This document shows, in pieces, positions 8,669-17,150 of a DNA stretch of 64,000 nucleotides. Made by a program: the position numbers and the translations under genes. The notes under the pieces were generated by a model, which ran no database searches, had not been told where the DNA came from, and saw only the letters and a list, made by a program, of their open reading frames with translations. The stretch comes from a virus. Lineage: Duplodnaviria > Caudoviricetes. The first letter of the stretch is position 1. Each line of letters opens with the position of its first letter. The stretch is from the IMG/VR virus record IMGVR_UViG_3300025915_000004, positions 10,597 to 74,596 of that record, one strand, 5' to 3'.

Positions 8669-8893
8669 TCAGCCTTCGAGGGCGGTCCAGCCGTACGCCT
8701 CGCCGAAGTAGAGGCGCTGGCGCCGTCCGCCGGTGCGGGCGCCGTTCTCGTCCACCGGCAGCAGCCACGCGAACGACGCCGGGGCGTCGTCGGTGCCCGC
8801 GTCCACCATGGTGAACCGCTTGCCGGCCGGGGAGACCAGCACGGTGCCGAATTCGGTGTTGTCCAGATCAATCATGGCGACGGCGGCAGACAT
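8669..8893 (-). CDS. Hypothetical protein
   Basis: Preceded by GTTCAGGGAGG and the 13-bp motif; MSAAVAMIDLDN... Confidence 0.65.
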   Translation of the reverse strand: MSAAVAMIDLDNTEFGTVLVSPAGKRFTMVDAGTDDAPASFAWLLPVDENGARTGGRRQRLYFGEAYGWTALEG

Positions 8894-8921
8894 CTCGATC
8901 CTCCCTGAACGGAACCTGTTA

Positions 8922-8934
8922 ACTGATGACAACT
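8922..8934 (-). promoter_or_regulatory. 13-bp motif AGTTGTCATCAGT, copy 1, overlapping -10-like TATAGT
   Basis: Exact match to copies at 21057, 31206 and 32904. Confidence 0.7.
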
Positions 8935-8957
8935 ATAGCGCGTCCCAGCGGCCCGCA

Positions 8958-9104
8958 CTACGGCAGAGCGCCGGTGAATTTGCCGATCAGCCACAACGCG
9001 GCCGATCCGCCTGCCCAAATGCCCAACGCCGCAAAGGTCAGTGCGATAAGCACCCCCGCGACGTTGGCCAGGCGGATCGGCAGCGATGTGCGGCGGCGGT
9101 TCAT
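8958..9104 (-). CDS. Small membrane peptide (48 aa; below the ORF-track cutoff)
   Basis: TGATG overlap with MazG stop; MNRRRTSLPIRLANVAGVLIALTFAALGIWAGG... Confidence 0.5.
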   Translation of the reverse strand: MNRRRTSLPIRLANVAGVLIALTFAALGIWAGGSAALWLIGKFTGALP

Positions 9105-9496
9105 CAGGCGTCTGTTGCCTGACGGGCCAGCACGGCGGTCACGTTCGGCTTGCGGTAATTCGGACCCTTGACGACCTTGCCGTCGATCACGATGGGCTGG
9201 CCGTCGTCGTCGAGCTTGGTCATGTTCGCGGCGTGCACCTCGGCGAGCACCGCATCCAGGTCGATCCCGTACGTCAGCGCAGTGCCGTAGAGCACATATA
9301 CGCAGTCCGCCAGCTCCTGCGCCACACCGTCGAGGCTGCCGTGCAGCATCGCGTCGTAGACCTCGGTGACCTCGGACAGCAGCAACTGGTGGCGCTGCCT
9401 CGCCAATCCCGCGTCGACCAGCGCAGGCAGTTCGGCCATCGGCAGGCGGAACCTCTCGTGAAACTCGCGCACCAGGTCAGCCGGACTTCTGTTCAT
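9104..9496 (-). CDS. MazG-like / PRA-PH-like (DR2231-type) nucleotide pyrophosphohydrolase
   Basis: VREFH..F, LL.SEV.E, ELAD..YV.YG, EVH.ANMTK, GKV.KGP.Y..P motifs. Confidence 0.85.
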   Translation of the reverse strand: MNRSPADLVREFHERFRLPMAELPALVDAGLARQRHQLLLSEVTEVYDAMLHGSLDGVAQELADCVYVLYGTALTYGIDLDAVLAEVHAANMTKLDDDGQPIVIDGKVVKGPNYRKPNVTAVLARQATDA

Positions 9497-9671
9497 TCCC
9501 CCACACTCCATCTCGATCGTTCTGCTCCTTCACCCTGCTCCACGGTCCGAGAGCGCCGAGGGTGAACAGGCGGGCCTCCACCGTTCGGCGCCGATGCCTC
9601 CACACAGCGCGCCGGATCCGTCTATCCGGCCGTGGCTGCCGCATCACCTGGTCGTGCTGCGCCCACTTCAC
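9477..9671 (-). CDS. Small hypothetical protein
   Basis: GTGA overlap with upstream ORF; Arg-rich. Confidence 0.35.
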   Translation of the reverse strand: MKWAQHDQVMRQPRPDRRIRRAVWRHRRRTVEARLFTLGALGPWSRVKEQNDRDGVWGNEQKSG

Positions 9672-9817
9672 CGCGGACGCCTACGCGACGGCTTCATGAT
9701 CCGGAGCTGGGTCTTCCCGAATGCGACGTACAGGGAGTCATGGCCGCGCCAGATGATCCGGCGCCTGGACTCGCGTGCGCGCCAGATGCCGTTTTCCCTG
9801 TGCCTGCCCCACATCAT
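9668..9817 (-). CDS. Small basic hypothetical protein
   Basis: ATGA overlap; MMWGRHRENGIWR... Confidence 0.4.
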   Translation of the reverse strand: MMWGRHRENGIWRARESRRRIIWRGHDSLYVAFGKTQLRIMKPSRRRPR

Positions 9818-10056
9818 CGGCGCCGCTCCTTCTGCTGCGGCACCAGCGGATCCCAGCGCTGCATCCACCTGAACCCAGGCACGGCGGGCACCGTGATCAG
9901 GGTCACCTGTGCCCATGACGTCAGATGCCAGAACTGGCGGCCGAGCCACTGCGTCAGGTGCCAGATCGCATTGAAATCCGCCGGGCTCAGGCGCACATGC
10001 GAGCCGCCTCCGCGCGAGCTGCCGCGCGCCTCGATGGCGACGAGGATCAGGTTCAC
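9814..10056 (-). CDS. Hypothetical protein
   Basis: GTGA overlap with the DUF4031 gene; Trp-rich. Confidence 0.5.
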   Translation of the reverse strand: MNLILVAIEARGSSRGGGSHVRLSPADFNAIWHLTQWLGRQFWHLTSWAQVTLITVPAVPGFRWMQRWDPLVPQQKERRR

Positions 10057-10385
10057 CCGATCGCCGCCTTCGCCTTCTGCGCCGCCTCGAACCGCGCGTC
10101 GATGATCGGGCCGATGTCCCGGATCCCGATCGGTTTCGCGCCGAGCCGGATCGCCAGCTCCCGCTTGCGATCGATCACGTCGTAGTGCCAGCTCTCCGCG
10201 GCGCGCGATCCCGGCGTGGCTTCCAGCTTGCCGTCCACACACGGGTCCTGGAACCACTCACGGCGCAGGCCGAGCCGCTCCGCGAACGCGTGCAGCTCCT
10301 CCGGCGTGTCCGCGATCAGGTGCGACCACCGGCCGGCCAGACCGCGCACCCGGGCCGGAATCCGCGCGTCGTCCACGTAGATCAT
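10053..10385 (-). CDS. DUF4031-family protein
   Basis: MIYVDD...WSHLIAD..EELH.FA.RLGL.R.WFQ...HYDV...R..AI.LGA signature. Confidence 0.85.
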   Translation of the reverse strand: MIYVDDARIPARVRGLAGRWSHLIADTPEELHAFAERLGLRREWFQDPCVDGKLEATPGSRAAESWHYDVIDRKRELAIRLGAKPIGIRDIGPIIDARFEAAQKAKAAIG

Positions 10386-11086
10386 TGGAACGCCACCCCG
10401 CCATCGACCGTACCCACGAACGTGAATCCGGGCGGAGCCGGCTGCGCATCATGCCCGTCAGCCGGATGCGTGTGGTGCGACCACCAGGCATCCAGGACTT
10501 CGTATTCGCCCGCGCCGCTGCCCTGCTGGTGCTCGACGTACTCGATCTCGCCGCCGCAGACCGCGCACACGCCGATGTCGCCGTGCTTCGGCTGGTCCAC
10601 GTGCGAGACCTTCCAAGACGACGTGGCCGGGTCGAAGGGCTCGGTTTCGCTTCTGAGCACCGCATTGTGTGCGACGAGCGGCGGCTTCAGGTGCTCCCAC
10701 CAGCGGGTGACCGCCACTCCGGTCGTACCTGCGGCCTCCTCGTGGAACTCGATCAGGCCGTCGCAGACCTTGCAGACACCCCGCCTGGCTGTCGGCTGCT
10801 GCTTCTCTTCGACCAGCGGCTCGATCGCCGACCACAGCGGTGACAGGTGTTTGATCGCGGCGTCCCACAGCGGCCTGATGACATTTGCCGCGGCCTTGAC
10901 CGCCTCGGTCAGCTTGAGGTTGTCCTCGCGCAGCTGCTTGTTCTCGGCCGCCAGGGCGCGGATCGAGCCGATGGTGAGCGTGCTCTGCACGGCATCATCG
11001 TGGTACGCACGGTCGATGGCATAGCTGTCGGGTATGTCCCGGGTCAGTTCAAGGTACCCCGGAAGATCTTCCCTGTCCCCTTTCAT
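10382..11086 (-). CDS. Coiled-coil protein with two tandem CxxC...WxH Zn-ribbon-like units
   Basis: GVCKVCDGLIEF...WWEH and GVCAVCGGEIEY...WWSH. Confidence 0.7.
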   Translation of the reverse strand: MKGDREDLPGYLELTRDIPDSYAIDRAYHDDAVQSTLTIGSIRALAAENKQLREDNLKLTEAVKAAANVIRPLWDAAIKHLSPLWSAIEPLVEEKQQPTARRGVCKVCDGLIEFHEEAAGTTGVAVTRWWEHLKPPLVAHNAVLRSETEPFDPATSSWKVSHVDQPKHGDIGVCAVCGGEIEYVEHQQGSGAGEYEVLDAWWSHHTHPADGHDAQPAPPGFTFVGTVDGGVAFQ

Positions 11087-11448
11087 CCGAACGGCCCTCC
11101 CCCGTTCATGCCCATCCCCGGAGGCATGCCTGCTCCGCCGGGGACCGGCAGGTGCAGGCCGCTGGTGGTCTTCAGCTGGATCGCGGTGATATGGCTCCAA
11201 CACAGGTCCAGCACGCCGATCTGCAACAGGGATCCGTTGATGCCCTGCGCCACGGCGAGCGCGGGCTGCGGGACGTCGTCCTGCGTGCCGTCGATCACCG
11301 TGACCGTTCCGTCCGGCGCGACGGCCGCCGCGGCGATGTCGGCCTGGTGCGCCTCGTTCACGGCGTTCTTCCAGGTGTAGGCGCACACGAAGCACCAGCG
11401 TTCGCCGGGCGGCGGCGTGGGGCCCTTGTAGACCACTTCTGCGACCAT
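11083..11448 (-). CDS. Hypothetical protein (CxxC)
   Basis: ATGA overlaps; WCFVC motif. Confidence 0.65.
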   Translation of the reverse strand: MVAEVVYKGPTPPPGERWCFVCAYTWKNAVNEAHQADIAAAAVAPDGTVTVIDGTQDDVPQPALAVAQGINGSLLQIGVLDLCWSHITAIQLKTTSGLHLPVPGGAGMPPGMGMNGGGPFG

Positions 11449-11648
11449 CAGTGTCCTTCTCTCATCAGTGTGTCCCGCCGTGCGGCGGTGGTCTGCGGTG
11501 TGTCGCCGTACCGCGCGGCGTAGTACTCGGCCAGCCAGTTCGGGCAGGCCAGCTCCCACGGGTGCAGCGGCTTCGGCTCGCGCGGGATGAAGACGGCCGG
11601 ACAGTACAGAACCGGCAGCTTCGCCTTCTTGCGTCTGCGGCGGGTCAC
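11448..11648 (-). CDS. Small hypothetical protein
   Basis: Overlapping start/stop chain. Confidence 0.5.
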   Translation of the reverse strand: MTRRRRKKAKLPVLYCPAVFIPREPKPLHPWELACPNWLAEYYAARYGDTPQTTAARRDTLMREGH

Positions 11649-11842
11649 GGGTGACGCCAGGTGCTCAGCCGAGCCAGGTCCCGTGTCCTGTGCGTCGTCG
11701 GGTCGGCCGCTTCGCAGCCGGTGCAGGCGCGGTAGAAGCCGAGAGTGATGTGCCCTTTCACCCAGTCGGCGTACGGCGGCACCAACACCAGCTTCACGAC
11801 GGTCGGGCGCACGGCCCGCACCTCCAGGGCGTGCTCAGCCAT
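11645..11842 (-). CDS. Small hypothetical protein (CxxC)
   Basis: GGAGG RBS; CTGC motif. Confidence 0.5.
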   Translation of the reverse strand: MAEHALEVRAVRPTVVKLVLVPPYADWVKGHITLGFYRACTGCEAADPTTHRTRDLARLSTWRHP

Positions 11843-12182
11843 CGCTACCCTCCAGGCGCCGCCGCTCCATGTCGACCTGCGCCTGCGGGACTTCGTGCGG
11901 GAAGCGCGGCGTGGCGGAGGTGGCCGCCAGGCGTCGGCGGATCTCGTCGTCTGTCAGCGGCTTCGACGGCGCGTACTCCGCCACTTCCTTCTCCAGCTCG
12001 GTCCGCGGCAGCGGCCTCAGTGCGTCGATCACCGCCTGCTTGTTCTCCGCCGTGGGGTTGCGCTCATAGGCGCAGATCAGGCACTTGGACTTGTCTCCGG
12101 TGTCCACGCCCATCACGACCGCGCACTTGTCATGCCCGAGCAGCGAGTGCGCGGACGCGATGATCCACCCGACGCCGTCCAT
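11835..12182 (-). CDS. Hypothetical protein
   Basis: TGATG overlap; CLIC motif. Confidence 0.55.
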   Translation of the reverse strand: MDGVGWIIASAHSLLGHDKCAVVMGVDTGDKSKCLICAYERNPTAENKQAVIDALRPLPRTELEKEVAEYAPSKPLTDDEIRRRLAATSATPRFPHEVPQAQVDMERRRLEGSDG

Positions 12183-12502
12183 CACGCGCTCCGCAGGTGC
12201 GCGCACTGGCTCAGGCGCTTGACCTTGACCGCGCGCTGAGGGATGCCGCCTTCCTCAACCAACAGCGAGGCGAGGAACTCCGAGGCGTACTCATTGTCGC
12301 GGGCTACATGCACGGCAGCGTCCGTCAAGCGGGTCAGCCTGTTCTTGAACTCTTCGGTGGACCGGAAATCAAGCCACCACGCAACACCCTGTCCGGTCGC
12401 GTAGATAGAAGCCTCGTTGACGTACACGCCCCAGTCGTCCACTGCGGCGGCAGCCCGCTCCGCACGCAGCAGCTCGGCCATGATCTCGTCCATCGCGGTC
12501 AT
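12182..12502 (-). CDS. Hypothetical protein
   Basis: TGATG overlap with upstream gene. Confidence 0.6.
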   Translation of the reverse strand: MTAMDEIMAELLRAERAAAAVDDWGVYVNEASIYATGQGVAWWLDFRSTEEFKNRLTRLTDAAVHVARDNEYASEFLASLLVEEGGIPQRAVKVKRLSQCAHLRSA

Positions 12503-13098
12503 CAGGACCGCGCACGCTGTGTCAGAACGGCGCGCTCCAGCGCCGTGAGGTCCCACACGGCGGACACGGCCCACAGGTCGCCGCGGATGTACCGGATCAG
12601 AGCCGGATCCTTCGGGGGCGTGACCGGCTTCCACTCCTCGACCTCCCACAGGATGTGGAAGCCGTGCAGCCGGCGCGGCCGGGGCCGAATCGAGGGCGGG
12701 ATGACCGGCACGATCGTCGCGGCGATCCCGCCGACGTGGTGCGGCGGGGCGTCCTGCGGCTGACGCAGGCGCACCGACTTGCTTCCGACTGCGGCGCCTC
12801 GGTTGCTGCGCCAGTCGTTCTCGCTGGAGAAGACCAGGTCCCGCCAGTCCCACCAGCAGAAGCACGTCGGCGCGTCGGCTCGCACGACCGCGATCTTCGG
12901 CAGCCCGCTGTTCTCGAAGTAGCCGCCGAGTCGGATCGCCTCGGACAGCCGGATGACGCCGAGCCCGCGCGCTGCGGCGCGGTATCCGAGCCGGATCGCT
13001 TCGTCCTCCGTGGTGCGGTCGGACGCTAGCTGCGCTTCGTACTCGGCCAGCTTCTCGCGCGCCTCGGCCGGGTCGATGATCAATGTGCCGAGTTCCAT
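12502..13098 (-). CDS. Conserved-looking phage hypothetical protein
   Basis: GTTCAGGGAGG before start; P.IPP..RP...HILWEV..W....P.DP.L....GDLW.V.A.WDLT..E motif. Confidence 0.75.
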   Translation of the reverse strand: MELGTLIIDPAEAREKLAEYEAQLASDRTTEDEAIRLGYRAAARGLGVIRLSEAIRLGGYFENSGLPKIAVVRADAPTCFCWWDWRDLVFSSENDWRSNRGAAVGSKSVRLRQPQDAPPHHVGGIAATIVPVIPPSIRPRPRRLHGFHILWEVEEWKPVTPPKDPALIRYIRGDLWAVSAVWDLTALERAVLTQRARS

Positions 13099-13169
13099 GT
13101 CCGTTCCTCCCTGAACTTGTCCTCAGACGAGCCTACAGCGGCCGGCGCGAGCCGACCACTGTAGACGCG

Positions 13170-13418
13170 CTACACCGGTGCCGGATCGCGCAGGTACTCC
13201 ATGCGCACCCGGTCGAAGACCGCGGCTTCCCCGGAGGGCAGGGCGTTGGTCGCGTGCACGGGCAGGGCGAACAGCTGCGCGCCGTCGTAGGCGCCGATCG
13301 CTTCGAAGTCGCCGCGGTTGAGCCACAGCTCGCAGTCCTCGTGCACCCAGTAGTACGCCTGGATCCGGGTGTACGAGTCGAGCAGCTTGTACGCGACCGC
13401 GGGCAGTGGAGCCGACAC
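13170..13418 (-). CDS. Hypothetical protein
   Basis: 82 aa, GTG start directly after upstream stop. Confidence 0.55.
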   Translation of the reverse strand: MSAPLPAVAYKLLDSYTRIQAYYWVHEDCELWLNRGDFEAIGAYDGAQLFALPVHATNALPSGEAAVFDRVRMEYLRDPAPV

Positions 13419-13419
13419 G

Positions 13420-13689
13420 TCAGTACCCGCCCCCGACGGCCCGGTTGATGTCGCCCACCACGTCGGCGTCCGGCTGCGTCCACGGCGTGTCGGTGCCGGG
13501 TACGGGGACGATCATCGCGACCCGCCGGCCGTCCTCGACCAGGTACACCGTCTCCGCGTCGTCGATAACCCGGTCGACCAGTTCAACGAGCTGGCCGGGC
13601 CAGTAGCCGGTGCGCCGGTCGATCACCACGCCTTCACTCGCCAGCTCGTTCAGTTCGCCGACCGGCCGGAACTGCTGTTCGTCGCTCAT
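13420..13689 (-). CDS. Phd/YefM-like antitoxin-fold protein
   Basis: LVELVDRV...ETVYLVEDGRRVAMIVP resembles the Phd/YefM N-terminal pattern. Confidence 0.55.
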   Translation of the reverse strand: MSDEQQFRPVGELNELASEGVVIDRRTGYWPGQLVELVDRVIDDAETVYLVEDGRRVAMIVPVPGTDTPWTQPDADVVGDINRAVGGGY

Positions 13690-13898
13690 AGGTGTCCTCC
13701 TACGCTTTTCGTGGTCACGCTCGATGTGGTCAGTCCTGTGCGCTTGATCTTGCCGTTCGGCGAGCGCAGCGCGATGTGCTCGTCCAGCTGGACGAGCGCG
13801 CCGATCACCTCGTCGAGCATCTCACCCTCGGTCGCGGTATCGGTGATCTCGAACTTCATTGTCACCTCGACCAGCGCGGTCCTCGCCGGCCCGCTCAT
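13686..13898 (-). CDS. Hypothetical protein
   Basis: ATGA overlaps. Confidence 0.55.
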   Translation of the reverse strand: MSGPARTALVEVTMKFEITDTATEGEMLDEVIGALVQLDEHIALRSPNGKIKRTGLTTSSVTTKSVGGHL

Positions 13899-14110
13899 TG
13901 GTTCACCTGGTAGAAGGGGACGATCTGCAAGTGGTCGGACACGCCCAGCTCTCCAAGCGACTCGACAGCGGTCTGTGCCGCTTCGTCGTCCGAATAGATG
14001 CCGTACACGCCGAGGATCGCTGATCCGTCAGAGTATGCGCGCACGATGGCGCGCATGGGCTTCAGGTTGACACTGTTGATCGACGCTCTCCGCGTCGGCG
14101 GCTCGCTCAC
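13895..14110 (-). CDS. Hypothetical protein
   Basis: GTGA overlap, GGAGG RBS. Confidence 0.55.
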   Translation of the reverse strand: MSEPPTRRASINSVNLKPMRAIVRAYSDGSAILGVYGIYSDDEAAQTAVESLGELGVSDHLQIVPFYQVNQ

Positions 14111-14358
14111 GTCGTCACCTCCGTTATCTGCAAGTCGTAGTCGATCTCGAACGTCGCACCGTCCGGAGCGGCGGGTATGTGCACGTCGCTGCCCTGCCAC
14201 ACGCCGGTGCCGTCGTCGCCGAAGACGGTCAGCGGCCCGGACATGGCCTTGTGCGGACCGCGGATCTCGTACGACACGGTCAGCCGGCCGCCATGCAGAC
14301 GCACCGCGGTGATCTCGAACCGCTCTCCGTCGCACACCACGTGCCCGAGGCCGCTCAT
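14107..14358 (-). CDS. Hypothetical protein
   Basis: ATGA overlap; beta-rich. Confidence 0.6.
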   Translation of the reverse strand: MSGLGHVVCDGERFEITAVRLHGGRLTVSYEIRGPHKAMSGPLTVFGDDGTGVWQGSDVHIPAAPDGATFEIDYDLQITEVTT

Positions 14359-14711
14359 GCGTCCACCAGTTCGGGGAACGCTTCGTAGTTGTCGAACATC
14401 CGGATGAACTCCTGGGTGGCCGAAGGGAATCCGACCCAAGCCTTCAGAGCCGGGCCGCCTTCGTCGTCGCACCCGCTGCGCCAGTCGAAGGCGGTCACGT
14501 TGTCCGCGCCGACCGACACGAACAGCGAGTTCCCGCCGTCCGGGTCGATGCGCTTGGCCACGAACCGCGCGACGGGGCATTGGCACGGCTCCAGGCGTTC
14601 CCCCTTGATCCCTTCCGCCGTCAGGAACGCGGCGACCGCTTCGGCGTCCTCGAACGCGCCCAGTTCGCGCACCGCGTCGAGCACCTTGCGTGCGAACTCC
14701 TCCGGCGTCAC
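14355..14711 (-). CDS. Hypothetical protein
   Basis: GGAG RBS; C.CPVARF motif. Confidence 0.65.
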   Translation of the reverse strand: MTPEEFARKVLDAVRELGAFEDAEAVAAFLTAEGIKGERLEPCQCPVARFVAKRIDPDGGNSLFVSVGADNVTAFDWRSGCDDEGGPALKAWVGFPSATQEFIRMFDNYEAFPELVDA

Positions 14712-14714
14712 GGC

Positions 14715-15305
14715 CTACTCCTCGACTACGGCGAGATCGGCGCCGCGGTACAGCGCGTCCCAGTTCAGCCGACCGTCGGCCAGCAGCACGGGGACGGGCG
14801 CCGGCTCGGCGGCCGAGGTCTGCTCGAACCCTTCCACGTCGCGCAGCACCGGGTGGCCGAAGTCCAGCACGTACCGTCGGCCGGGGGTCAGTTCGTACTC
14901 GCGGCCGTCGACCACCAGCACGGCCATCTGCGGCGCGGCGGCGCGGACCGTCTTGTCGATGAACTCGGTGTATCCGGCGTCGGCCTGAACCGGCGCCGCG
15001 CCCCCAGGCAGGTCGAAGATCGTGCCCTGCCCCTCCTGCGTCCACGTCTCCGCGGCGCCCTCCAAGGAGGCGTTCCACTCCTTCTCCGCGGTGGAGATCA
15101 CCTCATCGCCGTTCAGCCGCTGCCAGTCCTCGCCGAGCCGGGCGGACAGAAGCTGGCCGATCGACTTGGCCGTGTGGACGCGGCCGTAGTTGTTCGTCTC
15201 CTTCAGCTGCTTCCAGGCGCGGGCCATGGCGCCGATCGCGTCCTGCCGCTCGGCCTGCTCCAGCAGCCACGGCCCGAACTTCTTCTTGCCGGTCTCGGTG
15301 CTCAT
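14715..15305 (-). CDS. Protein with N-terminal YozE-like domain
   Basis: F..WL..Q..R.D.IG.MAR pattern. Confidence 0.55.
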   Translation of the reverse strand: MSTETGKKKFGPWLLEQAERQDAIGAMARAWKQLKETNNYGRVHTAKSIGQLLSARLGEDWQRLNGDEVISTAEKEWNASLEGAAETWTQEGQGTIFDLPGGAAPVQADAGYTEFIDKTVRAAAPQMAVLVVDGREYELTPGRRYVLDFGHPVLRDVEGFEQTSAAEPAPVPVLLADGRLNWDALYRGADLAVVEE

Positions 15306-15751
15306 CGGTCTTCCTCCCTGGCGGACTCGGCCGCTGCGGTGATCTGGTGTCTCAGGTCGATGGCGTGCGCCCTCTCGAACTGGTCGAGCAGGACGGCCGC
15401 CATCCGGTGCGCGGCGCACAGGTTCCGGTACCGCTCCTCGTCCTGCTCGTCCAGCCGGGCCAGCGTCGTGTGGTGCCAGCTGATCAGCTCGGTGCGGTGC
15501 GCGGGGTCGTCGTCCCAGCGCACCAGGATGTTGCCGTCCCGGCCGGAGCCGACGCACACGCCGTGCCGGATGACGCCGCGGTCGTTGACCGTGAACGGAA
15601 CCTCGACCTTGACGCCGAGCTGCGCCCGCACCTGGTGCCCGAGCGCCGCCAGGGTCTGCGCCTCGTGCAGCGTTCCCGCGACGGTGGTGCTGAAGACGCC
15701 CTGCTCGCTGACCTGGACGGGGTACTCGGCGCCGTGAACGGTGATCTTCAC
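15302..15751 (-). CDS. Hypothetical protein
   Basis: GTGA overlap; typical high-GC codon usage. Confidence 0.65.
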   Translation of the reverse strand: MKITVHGAEYPVQVSEQGVFSTTVAGTLHEAQTLAALGHQVRAQLGVKVEVPFTVNDRGVIRHGVCVGSGRDGNILVRWDDDPAHRTELISWHHTTLARLDEQDEERYRNLCAAHRMAAVLLDQFERAHAIDLRHQITAAAESAREEDR

Positions 15752-16014
15752 TGGCCAGCCCTCGGGTACTCCAGCGCCAGCCCGCCGAGCTCCGCGACGT
15801 GCTTGACGTCGTAGAGCCAGGAGAAGGTCCCGACGGATACGGTCACGGTCGCCTCAAGGTGGTCGTTCTCCCACCCGGTCAGGTTGTTGCGGATACCGCC
15901 CGTCAGCATGTCCAGCACCTGCTCGGGCGTTGCACGGTCAAGCGGGACGTACTCACCGGTGATGCACTCGGTGCAGCCGCAGCCGAGCGGGTCGATGGCC
16001 GTGGGCTTCCTCAC
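15748..16014 (-). CDS. Hypothetical protein (CGC..C motif)
   Basis: GTTCAGGGAAG upstream; PLGCGCTECITGEY. Confidence 0.6.
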   Translation of the reverse strand: MRKPTAIDPLGCGCTECITGEYVPLDRATPEQVLDMLTGGIRNNLTGWENDHLEATVTVSVGTFSWLYDVKHVAELGGLALEYPRAGQ

Positions 16015-16055
16015 TGAGCTCTCCTTCTTCCCTGAACTGTTCACTTGTCCGCAGT

Positions 16056-16370
16056 CTACCGTATCGGCGCCTCTTGCAGAAGCCGCATGTCCGGATGCGC
16101 CATGGCGCGGCGGAACTTCGGCCCGTGCGTCCCGCCGTGCGCATTGTCGTCGACCGGGACCCACGCCCGGCACCGCCCCGCGCACGCGTCGTCGCACACG
16201 ATCAGCTCGTAGTGCTCCAGGTCCGACCCCCACGCCACGACGGACGTACCGCGGTGTTCGCAGATGTGCGGGCACGGCCCGGCCGCGATGAGCCGGCGCT
16301 GCTCCTGCGGGTAGCCGGCGAACCAGTGGATCACGGTGTCCGGGTGGTCGATGCTCACGTGGCTGCCCAT
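16056..16370 (-). CDS. Cys/His-rich hypothetical protein
   Basis: CPHIC, CDDAC..RC motifs; GGAG RBS. Confidence 0.6.
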   Translation of the reverse strand: MGSHVSIDHPDTVIHWFAGYPQEQRRLIAAGPCPHICEHRGTSVVAWGSDLEHYELIVCDDACAGRCRAWVPVDDNAHGGTHGPKFRRAMAHPDMRLLQEAPIR

Positions 16371-16372
16371 CG

Positions 16373-17026
16373 CTACTCCGTCCGAACGGCGGCGGTCTCC
16401 GTCCCGTCCTCGGCCGCCAGGATCTCGGCGCGCAGCACGGTGCGCACGGTGCGCTGCGCCTCCGCGGACACGCCGGCCTGCGCCAGGGCGGTGTCCAGCG
16501 CACGGTCCAGCAGTGCGATCTGCCGCTCTTGCAGGTCGAGGCCGCGCTGGTCCAGCCCGAGCCGCAGCGCCTTCTCCGCATGGACGCCGGCCTGGTCGGT
16601 CGCCTTGAGCAGCGCGCCGATCTCCGGGCGCAGGTGCAGGTTGCCGAAACCGTCGTAGTACGTCAGCTCCGGGTGCTCGGCCAGGGCGGCGTGCAGCCGG
16701 GAGGCCATGGCCCGGCTCAGCGCCATGATCCATTGCAGCGTCTCCCCCGGATTGCCGTACAGCTCGATCAGCTCGCGGTCGGTCAGCTCCAGCACGCTCT
16801 TGCGCGCCTCCATGATCGCCTGACGCTCGGCGGTGCGCCGCTGCGCCGCGCCCTGCGTGGTCGGCGCCAGCCCGCCGTGCATGCGGCAGACCGAGGCGCC
16901 CTCCACCGGCCCGTTCGCGCACTGCTCGCCGGCCCGGTTGTGGGCCGTGCACCGGTGCGACGGCGGCTTGCCCAGCAGGTCGGCCATCACGTCGTCCATG
17001 TTCCGGCGCTGCTCCAGCTCATCCAT
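16373..17026 (-). CDS. HGG-motif Zn-finger protein (HGGxSTG-like; possible terminase small subunit-like)
   Basis: C.A.NR.G.QC.N..V.G..VCRMHGG followed by helical/coiled region. Confidence 0.7.
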   Translation of the reverse strand: MDELEQRRNMDDVMADLLGKPPSHRCTAHNRAGEQCANGPVEGASVCRMHGGLAPTTQGAAQRRTAERQAIMEARKSVLELTDRELIELYGNPGETLQWIMALSRAMASRLHAALAEHPELTYYDGFGNLHLRPEIGALLKATDQAGVHAEKALRLGLDQRGLDLQERQIALLDRALDTALAQAGVSAEAQRTVRTVLRAEILAAEDGTETAAVRTE

Positions 17027-17150
17027 GTCCGACACGATACGCCGACATGATCGGCCGTCCATAGGGCGAAAAGGATCATGGAATCGGCAGCCGATCGATC
17101 GGCGTCCCGGACAGTCCTGGACAGCCGTCAAAACAACTCTCTGACCTGCA

